A stretch of DNA of 26,338 nucleotides from a virus (IMGVR_UViG_3300043399_000013:1-26338), one strand, 5' to 3'. Shown: positions 1 to 8,066, counted from the first letter of the stretch. Made by a program: numbers and translations. The notes: a model not told the origin generated them from the sequence alone.

Positions 1-3000
1 CTTGATCCAACATATCTAATGTTGCCAGTGTCTTAGGATCAACCTTTCCTAATTCTATATCCACAAGCAGACTTGCTTTAATTTGATCTTCGTTCATTTC
101 TGGAAACATTGCCTTAAAATTTGGATCAAACTTTACTTCATTCTGATAGGCTGCTTGCTGTTGTACTACATATTGAGGCTTTCCTCCTGGAGTAATTGAC
201 CTATATGCCAATACACCATTTGCCATTAATCTGTTTCTTGTTTCCTGTGACAATTCCTCCGGTTTCACTGCGGCAGCCTGTACTTCTCTGGCAAGTTTAG
301 TGTCAGAAATTGCTCTATTTACTGCTCCTTCTAAATCCATTATTCCAGTTGCCTCTTCAACTGCACCAAATCCAGCGGTGAATTTTTGATCAACATTTCC
401 TCCACCTGTATACATATTAATTGCACGTTGCCTTCGATCTGCCTCTTCCCTAGCCCTTCTTTCTTCTAATGCTTTTTTGTTTGCTTGTGCTTCTTTGATA
501 TCTGACGTATACCCAGCCTTTTTCTTTTTGTCATCTTCTAAGCCTCTTTTTTCCTTAAGTCGTGCAATAAGAATATCTTGTCTAGATATTTCGTCATCGA
601 TTGCAGTTAATATTTGCTTTGTATTTTCTAAATAAGCATTTGCTCTGGCTATATCTGCCTCAATCATTGCATCCATTTCGCCAGAATATAGAATCCCAAG
701 TCCAAGAAAGTTGTCTGTCCAAGAATTTGTCGCTTGCTTAGCGGCTCTTTCTGAACTGACTGTTAGTTCATTGTTCGTTTGATCAATGGAATTTATTAAA
801 TTGTCTATTACCTTTAATGGATCTTTTGATAAATTTTGACCATTTGGACCAACAATTTGTTCTACCTTTGTAATAATTGGAATTGCCATTTCTGGTTTTC
901 CAAGTGCTTCGGTAAGTCCAACAACGATTGCTTTTGCTTGTTTTGGATTTACCGCTCCGCTAACTATCAGTCTACCAATTTGTGATGCAAGATTGTTTCC
1001 AAATGTTGTTCCTCCTTTTTCTAAAGAAACTTTCATTTCTTCAAGCATCGCTTTTCCTGGTTCAGTTTTTACAAATTCTGCGCCCATCTGTTGTTCTTTG
1101 GTTGTAAGACCAATATTCTTTTGTATGTCTTTTGCTCTTCTACGGCTTGCAAGAGTAGTTCTTCCAAAAAGTGCTGCAATATCATTTTGTTCTTTTGTTG
1201 ATATAGTAAGTGCATCTGCATATTTTTTTCCAGCATCTATAGTGTTGTCCATACCCTTTTTCAGTGTCCACGCCGTTATAGCGAGCGCAGCAAATGCCGC
1301 CGCCACCCCTCCAGTTACTGCTATTGCGCCGCCAGCACCAATTGATCCTAATGCACCAAGGCCAGGTAGTTTGCTAAGTCCTGCGGTAAATGCCTTTGAC
1401 ATTGCTCCCGTTCTTGTCACTGCCTTTTCACCATTTGGCAAAGCCCTATACCCAAACCCTGGTCCACCGTATTTTGCTGATTTACCCACCGCGCCACGAA
1501 TTCCACCAACAAGCGGCTGTGCAATCATTTGTGCTCCAATCATTGCCATGAATGGGTCCATTCCAAGGAATTTTCCTTGTTCATCTTTTGGACCAACCAT
1601 TGGAGCCAACGCCAATAGTCCAGCACCACCCATCATTGCTTTTGTTTTACGAGCATATGCTTCTCTTTTTGCTGCCGCTTCTCTTTCTGCTAGTATTTTT
1701 GCATTACTTTGCCTTTCAACAATTCCCATTTGTCTTCCAGCAATTATTTGAGCCTGCTCACTAGTCAAACTTGGTCTACGAGCCATAATTCTATTAGCCC
1801 TCTGTTCCAACTGTCTAGAAAGTCTTTCTTGTTTTCTTGTTTCAAGATTTGCTCTACGTTCTGCTGTAGTTCCCCTCATTGGGACTGCGATTCTTTTTGA
1901 TAATTCGGCACCAACGGTTTTTGCATTTGGCTTTTCTCCAGTCAATACACCATTTCGCCAATCTGTCATTGCTCTTTTATATGCAGAATTTGACATTCTT
2001 TTTGCAGCAGTTATTGCTTGTCTTTCGGTCATTCCTGGATATTTTTCCATTAATTGTCTAGCAAGAAGATCTGATGATCTAACAGACTGTCGAACACTTG
2101 TTGTTGCGGTTGTCCTTGTTGCTTGAGCCTCAAAGGCTGAAAAAGATGTTGTTCTCAATGATGGATTTTTACCAACATTTTCTCTATAATATTTTTGTGC
2201 TTCTGCTCCAGCAATAAACTGTCCACCAGTTTTAATAAACTTTCTTTGCTGTGTTTTACTAAGTTGACCTAATTCTTTTTGATATGCTGCTGTATTTGTT
2301 GATAATTCATTAAATGCTTTTGCCAATAATTGATTTTGCTTATAAGTAAGTTTACTTCCTTTTGAAAGACTTTCCATAAGTTTTGGAACAGATGCTTGTG
2401 CTTTTGCGTCTTTTTTAGTTATATTAAAAAGTGCTTTTTGAATTGCATCTCTTTTTATTTGTGCAGCCTTAATTTGATTTTCATGACCAACTCCAGTTAC
2501 CCTTGGATCTGAAAGACTTTGTGCAATATTATTAAATGCTTGTGCCTGTGGTGGAACACTTTTAACATCTTGAAATGATGTCTTCATTCCAGGTCTTTGT
2601 TCTAAATGACCTCCAGCGACTGGTATGTCTCTTGCAGAATATCCTGCACGAACCATTGCTTGCTGGACATACATTTCTTCTGCTAGTTGAGCACGAAGCA
2701 TTGCAGCCCTTCTTGGATCTTTCTTTTCAAGTGATGCTAGGGTTTGAAGCCACGGTACCTTTCTTCCACTAGCGCCAACTCTTCCGCTTGGTTCTGGAAC
2801 CCCTCCCTCTCCAGTTCCAAAAGCAAATCCTGGAAGAGTCCCGTTATTCATTGCACTAATGATTGAGCCATATTTTTGCGTTGCTTTTTTAGTGATGACA
2901 GATTCCCCAGGTGTCAGGAGTGCTGGCACTGTATCTGAATTTCCCACACCTGGAACAGTTCCTCCAGTTGCAAAGGGTTGTAATGTTTTTGTTTGAAGAA

Positions 3001-6000
3001 TTGGCAAGCCAGTTTTTGGATCTATAGAAACTCCAGTTACCATCATTTTTGAGCCACTGGCGATAAATTCTTGTTCATGAGAAACATCTCTTCCCATATA
3101 TGTTCCACCAGGATTAGCCTTGTTTACATTAATCATTGGATGGCCAGCACCAAATGACTGTTCAATTAGAAGATTTCTATATCCCTTTGGAGCAAGACTC
3201 TTTATCTCTTTTCCAAGCATTCCTCTACCATTTTTGGCTGTTTCAATATATTGCTTGGTTTCTGCTATCCTTCTTTTTATTGCATCTATTGTTATCTGAC
3301 TTGCCCCAGATGTCTCGTATCTTGCCAACTCTTCTTCATATCTCTTAAGTCTAGATATATTGTTTCTATATGATTTTCTATCTATCCTAGTTTGTTGCTT
3401 AAGAAATTCAATTCTGTTTACGTCTGAATTTGATGAAAGTGCCCCATACGTTCCAGAAATTCCTGCTGAAGTATAAGATATTGGTCCCTTTGCCGTAAGT
3501 GTCTTTCCTATAAGACCTTCAAGGTTTCCATTTTTTAATGCCTCAAAGATCATTGCTTCGTCTTGTGGAATAAATTCGCTTCCCCTTGATAGTCCAAGTG
3601 TTGTAGATCTGTGAAGTTTCATATTCTTTCGTGTTGGCTTCATTCCAGACATAATTGCAAAAAGCATTTCTGGCGTTTCTCTAACCTGTCGTGAACTTGT
3701 TTGCCATGTACGAAGAGATTGCTGCAAACCAACAACACCGCCAGCAAATTCTCTTGGCCCATATTGTTCTAATAATCTTGAAGAAGACTTAAGTGCTTGA
3801 ACGCTAGAACCAGTAGCAATTTCTCCAAATAAGATTTCGTCAATTGACCCGTATGTTTGACGAATTCTTGTATTCAGTATTTGTGCTGCTTTGCTTGCTA
3901 CTTGCATTGCTATATTTTCTGGAACACCTCTTGACATAAGCATTTGCAAAACTGAAATCATGTCTCTTCCAGATACTGGCTTCCAGTCATTTGCCGTTGC
4001 CTTTTTTAGCGAATTTGGCGCAATAAGTTTATTCCAATTTTCATCAATGAGGATGTATTGTGATGGAAGAACGTCATGGTATCTTTGTGGATTTAGTTTT
4101 CTACCAGACTGTCCTGGAATATCTCTTCCCAGTAGTCTTGGGGAAGATCCAGTTGTTCCTACTCCACCAAATCTTTGATAAAACTCTTTAGAATAAATAT
4201 GACCAACAACTTTACCTGCCTTTACTCTAGTTCTTCCTGCTAACTTAGATACTTCTGGAAGATACCCATATCCCTCCTGCCATGCTGCACCCCTTGATCC
4301 GCTTTGTCTTTCAAGTATATTGTATCCAAGTGCTCCTGGTTCTTTTACTACTCTAGAAGATGGTCTAATGTTTGGCATTATTGCTCTTGCCCCACCGACC
4401 TTTGTAGTTATTGATTTAAATAGGTTTACCCACCCACTATTAAATCCTGGCAAAGTTCCGTTATTCATTTGATGAAGAATTGGAGCGTATTTCTTAGTAG
4501 CCTCTTTAGTAATAACACTTTCTCCAGGGGTAAGAAGGGCTGGAATCGTATCTTTATTTCCAGTGCCGGGAACAGTTCCACCCTCTGCAAAACGCATTCT
4601 TGCATTTGGAAGATTTCTTTTTCCTGTCCTGCCACCAGTCGCTACACCACCCATTGCCGTTCCAGCAACTCCTGCTGCTGTTACAAATCTTTCATATTCT
4701 GTAGTAAGCGCACTAACAGCACCCTTTTGTAGCAATAATGATCTTGTAAGTTTTCCAGAACTTCCTTCTAACGCCATTGTTGCAGAATTGGCTAGTAGTT
4801 CTGTTTCTGTAAGAAACTCAAATTGTGAACTTGTTCCCTTAAGTCTTGCGCCTAACTTTCTCCACCACTCAACACCCTTAATAACGTTAGCAATAAGGTT
4901 TCCCATCAAACCGATTCCCATAAGCAATACTGGGCCAATTCCTGCAATTGCAGCAGTTGCAACTGCCATAGCATTCTTTACGCCATCTGGAAGATTATTG
5001 AATGCATCTGCTACCTTTGATACAAGGTTGATTATTGGTGTAATAGCCTTAAGGAATGCCTCTCCAAGAGGGGCGATGGAAATCTTTAACTTTTCTAATG
5101 CTGCCTGGAATTTAACAGTTGTTGACTCTGATACCTTGCTAAGTTCTTTGTTGGCAATATTTGCAAGATCTTGAGCAGACATAGTGGCAAGATCCATTGC
5201 TCTTGCCGCCTGACTAGACTGCTTAGTAATGTTTGTAAAAAGTGCAGACATTCTTGCATACTGATACTTTCCAAATACTTTTTCTAATGCCTGCTGTCTT
5301 TCAAAAGATCCTAATTTGTTTAGTTCTGCTCCAAAGGCACGAATGGTTCCAAGAAGGTCTCCCTTATTAGCCTGGACAATTCCATTCATATCTATGCCAA
5401 GTTTTGCCAATGCTTGCTGAGCAGCCCTAGTTGGATTAATCATTGATGCTAGACCTGACTTAAGAGCGTTAGCAGCATTTTCTGCACTTACCCCGCCTTC
5501 GCGCATTGCCGTCATCATTACGGCAAGATCTTCAACATCTCCACCAAGTCCTTTGATTACAGTCGCTACGCGAGGAATTGCAAGAGACATATCCTCCATA
5601 GTAAGAATTGTTTGGTTTTCAACAGCGTTTAGATAATCAATCTTTTCACCTAACTTGTCATTACTTATGCCAAATGCTGTTTGTAAAGAAATTGTTGTAT
5701 CAAGTGCATTATTGTAATCCATTTGGCCAAGAGTGGCAAACCTTAGTGTTTGTTCTGTTGCAGCAAGGAGGCTTTCATTTTTTGCACCAGTTGCAGCGGC
5801 ACGAGCAGATATATCTATAGTATCTTTGACAGATATTCCATATTTAGTGTATTCTGCACCAAGTCTTTTAACTGCATCAACGTTTCTGTCTAATTCTTGT
5901 GTTGTGGTGCTAAGATCACCATAGACTCTTGACAATGCAACTGTAGCCTTATCAAGTTCCATAAATGCCTTAGCCGCTGCGGCACCAAATGCTGCCATTG

Positions 6001-6574
6001 GCAGAGTAAGACCAACCATAAGTTGTCTTCCTGCCCACTGTGTATTCTTACCCCAGTTAAGCAATTTGGTTGATCCATCAGAAAGCAACTTATTGAATAG
6101 AACTTGCTTTTGTGTTGCTACTGCAATGTCTGTCGCATATCCCTGTGCTAATCCTCTTGGCATTATTTGGAGTGCCTGCTGAGTATTCTTTGCAGATTTT
6201 CCAAGGGCAACGTATTGAGACTGTATTTTCTTAACTCTGCTGACGGCAACTTTCTCCATCATGTCAAACTCTGATCTGAATACTTTACCCAGACCAGGAA
6301 GTTGAGATGCTGTTAAACGAGCGTATTGTCCAAGCGAGAGTTTATTGTTCTCAATTGCTCTAGAAAATCTTTCAACACTTGTTGTTGCTGGAACTATTTG
6401 TGCATCAAACATTCTTGTGGCATTAATGCCACGAGACAGCATTTGCCCATATCCAGCATCAGATATGGCTAATGATTTATTGAATGCAGATATTTGATTT
6501 TGTAATTTAAGTAATTGAGCCTGTGCCTGACTAGTATTAATACCTATATTAATATTCGCATTAACATCAGCCAT
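1..6574 (-). CDS. Tape measure protein (>2190 aa, 3' end outside window) with internal cargo domains
   Basis: ATG at 6574 preceded by AGGTGA; begins MADVNANINIGINTSQAQAQLLKLQNQ. No stop in the stretches translated by hand (N-terminus, parts of 6070-4860, all of 4620-1260, left edge: ...DPKTLATLDMLDQ), all in one frame. TP901-type TMP core around 6070-5100 (WAGRQLMVGLTLP...AMREGGVSAENAANALKSGLASMINPT). Hydrophobic segments at ~4890-4970 and ~1260-1640. Lies directly after the frameshifted chaperone. Confidence 0.95.
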   Translation of the reverse strand, partial: MADVNANINIGINTSQAQAQLLKLQNQISAFNKSLAISDAGYGQMLSRGINATRMFDAQIVPATTSVERFSRAIENNKLSLGQYARLTASQLPGLGKVFRSEFDMMEKVAVSRVKKIQSQYVALGKSAKNTQQALQIMPRGLAQGYATDIAVATQKQVLFNKLLSDGSTKLLNWGKNTQWAGRQLMVGLTLPMAAFGAAAAKAFMELDKATVALSRVYGDLSTTTQELDRNVDAVKRLGAEYTKYGISVKDTIDISARAAATGAKNESLLAATEQTLRFATLGQMDYNNALDTTISLQTAFGISNDKLGEKIDYLNAVENQTILTMEDMSLAIPRVATVIKGLGGDVEDLAVMMTAMREGGVSAENAANALKSGLASMINPTRAAQQALAKLGIDMNGIVQANKGDLLGTIRAFGAELNKLGSFERQQALEKVFGKYQYARMSALFTNITKQSSQAARAMDLATMSAQDLANIANKELSKVSESTTVKFQAALEKLKISIAPLGEAFLKAITPIINLVSKVADAFNNLPDGVKNAMAVATAAIAGIGPVLLMGIGLMGNLIANVIKGVEWWRKLGARLKGTSSQFEFLTETELLANSATMALEGSSGKLTRSLLLQKGAVSALTTEYERFVTAAGVAGTAMGGVATGGRTGKRNLPNARMRFAEGGTVPGTGNKDTIPALLTPGESVITKEATKKYAPILHQMNNGTLPGFNSGWVNLFKSITTKVGGARAIMPNIRPSSRVVKEPGALGYNILERQSGSRGAAWQEGYGYLPEVSKLAGRTRVKAGKVVGHIYSKEFYQRFGGVGTTGSSPRLLGRDIPGQSGRKLNPQRYHDVLPSQYILIDENWNKLIAPNSLKKATANDWKPVSGRDMISVLQMLMSRGVPENIAMQVASKAAQILNTRIRQTYGSIDEILFGEIATGSSVQALKSSSRLLEQYGPREFAGGVVGLQQSLRTWQTSSRQVRETPEMLFAIMSGMKPTRKNMKLHRSTTLGLSRGSEFIPQDEAMIFEALKNGNLEGLIGKTLTAKGPISYTSAGISGTYGALSSNSDVNRIEFLKQQTRIDRKSYRNNISRLKRYEEELARYETSGASQITIDAIKRRIAETKQYIETAKNGRGMLGKEIKSLAPKGYRNLLIEQSFGAGHPMINVNKANPGGTYMGRDVSHEQEFIASGSKMMVTGVSIDPKTGLPILQTKTLQPFATGGTVPGVGNSDTVPALLTPGESVITKKATQKYGSIISAMNNGTLPGFAFGTGEGGVPEPSGRVGASGRKVPWLQTLASLEKKDPRRAAMLRAQLAEEMYVQQAMVRAGYSARDIPVAGGHLEQRPGMKTSFQDVKSVPPQAQAFNNIAQSLSDPRVTGVGHENQIKAAQIKRDAIQKALFNITKKDAKAQASVPKLMESLSKGSKLTYKQNQLLAKAFNELSTNTAAYQKELGQLSKTQQRKFIKTGGQFIAGAEAQKYYRENVGKNPSLRTTSFSAFEAQATRTTATTSVRQSVRSSDLLARQLMEKYPGMTERQAITAAKRMSNSAYKRAMTDWRNGVLTGEKPNAKTVGAELSKRIAVPMRGTTAERRANLETRKQERLSRQLEQRANRIMARRPSLTSEQAQIIAGRQMGIVERQSNAKILAEREAAAKREAYARKTKAMMGGAGLLALAPMVGPKDEQGKFLGMDPFMAMIGAQMIAQPLVGGIRGAVGKSAKYGGPGFGYRALPNGEKAVTRTGAMSKAFTAGLSKLPGLGALGSIGAGGAIAVTGGVAAAFAALAITAWTLKKGMDNTIDAGKKYADALTISTKEQNDIAALFGRTTLASRRRAKDIQKNIGLTTKEQQMGAEFVKTEPGKAMLEEMKVSLEKGGTTFGNNLASQIGRLIVSGAVNPKQAKAIVVGLTEALGKPEMAIPIITKVEQIVGPNGQNLSKDPLKVIDNLINSIDQTNNELTVSSERAAKQATNSWTDNFLGLGILYSGEMDAMIEADIARANAYLENTKQILTAIDDEISRQDILIARLKEKRGLEDDKKKKAGYTSDIKEAQANKKALEERRAREEADRRQRAINMYTGGGNVDQKFTAGFGAVEEATGIMDLEGAVNRAISDTKLAREVQAAAVKPEELSQETRNRLMANGVLAYRSITPGGKPQYVVQQQAAYQNEVKFDPNFKAMFPEMNEDQIKASLLVDIELGKVDPKTLATLDMLDQ
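2825..2974 (-). repeat. 50-aa internal TMP module, copy 2 (aa 1201-1250)
   Basis: FATGGTVPGVGNSDTVPALLTPGESVITKKATQKYGSIISAMNNGTLPGF; 39/50 identical to copy 1 by manual alignment. Confidence 0.95.
2978..3736 (-). other. Putative ADP-ribosyltransferase domain (R-S-ExE, VIP2/C2/Alt-like) embedded in the TMP
   Basis: Motifs in canonical order: MKLHRST (Arg at 3610-3608), IGKTLTAKGPISYTS (3478-3467), strand NLLIEQSFGAGHPMINV, SHEQEFIASGSKMMVTGV (EQE at 3076-3068). Confidence 0.75.
4442..4591 (-). repeat. 50-aa internal TMP module, copy 1 (aa 662-711)
   Basis: FAEGGTVPGTGNKDTIPALLTPGESVITKEATKKYAPILHQMNNGTLPGF. Confidence 0.95.
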
Positions 6575-6592
6575 TAATTATTCACCTAATTA

Positions 6593-6601
6593 ATTATATC
6601 A
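6593..6601 (-). promoter_or_regulatory. Extended -10 promoter (TGATATAAT) for the tape measure gene
   Basis: Exact TGnTATAAT immediately after the TAA of the upstream gene, followed by AGGTGA and the ATG at 6574. Confidence 0.7.
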
Positions 6602-7293
6602 TTACCATGAGGGATTCTCAAGACTTTTTGCGTCTGTATATTCAAGACCCAGGCCAATACCAAATCCCGCTTGTTGAGCGTTTACTCCTTGCAAAGATAC
6701 GATGTCCGATGCATCCTTTGCCTGACCACCACTAAATACCCTTGCCTTTATATCGTCAAAGGTAGTTCCTGGCTTTTCTCCCGGCTCTTCAAGATTTATC
6801 CCCTGCATAGCAGCAAGAAACTTATTATGATTAAATTCCTTTTCTCTTGAAGCGCCAAGTATTGCTGTAATTTCTGGCATAGAAAGGTTAGCCTCTAATT
6901 CTTCAAAATCTTTCCAGATTCCAAGAAGGAATATCTCAGATTCTAATTTGGCGAGATCTAGTTCTGACCAGGAAGATCCGCCATCTGATCGTTTCCCTCG
7001 GCGTCCAACTTGATGCCAGATGCTGCCTCTATAACCTTATAAACCATTTTAATGTCAGCAACATCTTCAAATTTATCACGATCTGATGCAAGGTCTGGGG
7101 CATATTGCTGCATAGCAATCATTGCACACTCTACTAGAACATCCATTGATTCAACATTGTTTGTAGCAACATCAACCACTGTATCAAACTTCTTCATAAA
7201 ATCACGAAGAAGAGAAATTTTAAGTGGACGCATCTTCAATTTCGTTCCGTCCATAAGTTCTATATCTATTGTTTCATAAACTGTTGTAGCCAT
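6602..7293 (-). CDS. Tail assembly chaperone, long -1 frameshifted form (gpGT-like, ~230 aa)
   Basis: After G GGA AAC the -1 frame is open: RSDGGSSWSELDLAKLESEIFLLGIWKDFEELEANLSMPEITAIL..., joining ORF 6602..6880 in frame. Located between tail tube and TMP. Confidence 0.85.
6958..7293 (-). CDS. Tail assembly chaperone, short form (gpG-like, 111 aa)
   Basis: Start reassigned to ATG 7293 (MATTVYET...) with AAAGGGA upstream; the longer track start at 7362 runs through a terminator. Canonical position after the tail tube gene. Confidence 0.85.
   Translation of the reverse strand: MATTVYETIDIELMDGTKLKMRPLKISLLRDFMKKFDTVVDVATNNVESMDVLVECAMIAMQQYAPDLASDRDKFEDVADIKMVYKVIEAASGIKLDAEGNDQMADLPGQN
6991..6997 (-). 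promoter_or_regulatory. -1 programmed ribosomal frameshift heptamer GGGAAAC
   Basis: X XXY YYZ pattern in the correct phase (GAG GGA AAC), 10 codons before the TAG of the short chaperone. Confidence 0.88.
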
Positions 7294-7325
7294 TTCATTC
7301 CCTTTCTTGATAGCCATATGCGTAT

Positions 7326-7334
7326 AGTATATCA
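7326..7334 (-). promoter_or_regulatory. Extended -10 promoter (TGATATACT) for the chaperone
   Basis: One mismatch to TGnTATAAT, intergenic, directly downstream of the terminator. Confidence 0.6.
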
Positions 7335-7338
7335 TGAC

Positions 7339-7360
7339 AAAAGCCCCGCCGAAGCGGGGC
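7339..7360 (-). terminator. Intrinsic terminator after the major tail gene
   Basis: GCCCCGC-TTCG-GCGGGGC-TTTT: perfect 7-bp GC stem, UUCG tetraloop, short U tract. Confidence 0.88.
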
Positions 7361-7388
7361 AATTGCCTATTAAGTTGTTATTTGATTA

Positions 7389-8066
7389 TCATGAAGCGGG
7401 TACTAGACGATCAACAATGCGTCCGTATGATCCATTTGAATCATGTGGAAGCAAGCGGAAGGAAACTTCAAACATTGAAGCCTCGTCACGCTTTGCTGAT
7501 ACTGTAACGTTTTCAATTGAGAGAGCACGGTAAGCAACGTAGATACGTTCAATTGCTGATCCAGTTGCACAGTCACCGTTTCCTGGTCCAACTGTAACAA
7601 TGCCTCTTTCTACTGGGCATTCGCCAAGTTCGCCAGACTGAAGTTCTAGAAGGTCAGTGTAGTTTACTGTTCCTGTTTCTAGTGGATTCTTCATCTGAAC
7701 ATTGTCATAGTAGTCCTCGCTACGAGCAGCAATAGCAACAACAAGGTTTTCTAGTGTTGCTTCTGCAAATGTAGTATTAAGGTTAACCTGCATACCCTGC
7801 TTGTACAACTTTGCAACGTCAAGCAACTGATCAACAGCAACTTCGCCGAAGTCTGGCTGGAACTGAAGTTCTAGACCATTCATTGTGTAACCAACATTGC
7901 GAACAACTGTTGTTGCAGCAGTTAGTGTCTCGCGGTATGATGTTCCTGCTACGAAATCAGGTAGTTTTGGGCTAACGTTTGTTGGGTCAAATTCTGCTGA
8001 CTTGCTAACAAAGAACGCTGCTGCACCTACGATGATATTCTTAGAATTACCACGGGTATAAGCCAT
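7389..8066 (-). CDS. Major tail (tube) protein
   Basis: 225 aa, GAGGTG SD. Tube-like pattern (NIIVGAA...VGYTMNGLELQFQPDFGEVAVDQLLD...TTFAEATLENL...SMFEVSFRLLP). Sits before the chaperones and is followed by a terminator. Confidence 0.88.
   Translation of the reverse strand: MAYTRGNSKNIIVGAAAFFVSKSAEFDPTNVSPKLPDFVAGTSYRETLTAATTVVRNVGYTMNGLELQFQPDFGEVAVDQLLDVAKLYKQGMQVNLNTTFAEATLENLVVAIAARSEDYYDNVQMKNPLETGTVNYTDLLELQSGELGECPVERGIVTVGPGNGDCATGSAIERIYVAYRALSIENVTVSAKRDEASMFEVSFRLLPHDSNGSYGRIVDRLVPAS

Noticed and set aside
993-5924. Plus-strand ORFs over the TMP (993..1751, 4563..5174, 3891..4178 and others)
   Set aside because: Antisense shadows of the long minus-strand TMP frame; no recognisable motifs or initiation signals.
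1-6601. Apparent 6.6-kb gene-poor region in the ORF track (possible ncRNA or recoded stop codons)
   Set aside because: Explained by one open minus-strand frame whose stop lies beyond the window; all three standard stops are used normally elsewhere, so no alternative code is needed.
7294-7362. Track-predicted N-terminal extensions (also 12519-12530, 22294-22356, 25349-25363)
   Set aside because: They overlap terminators, promoters, SD sequences or upstream genes; the downstream ATGs have better initiation context.
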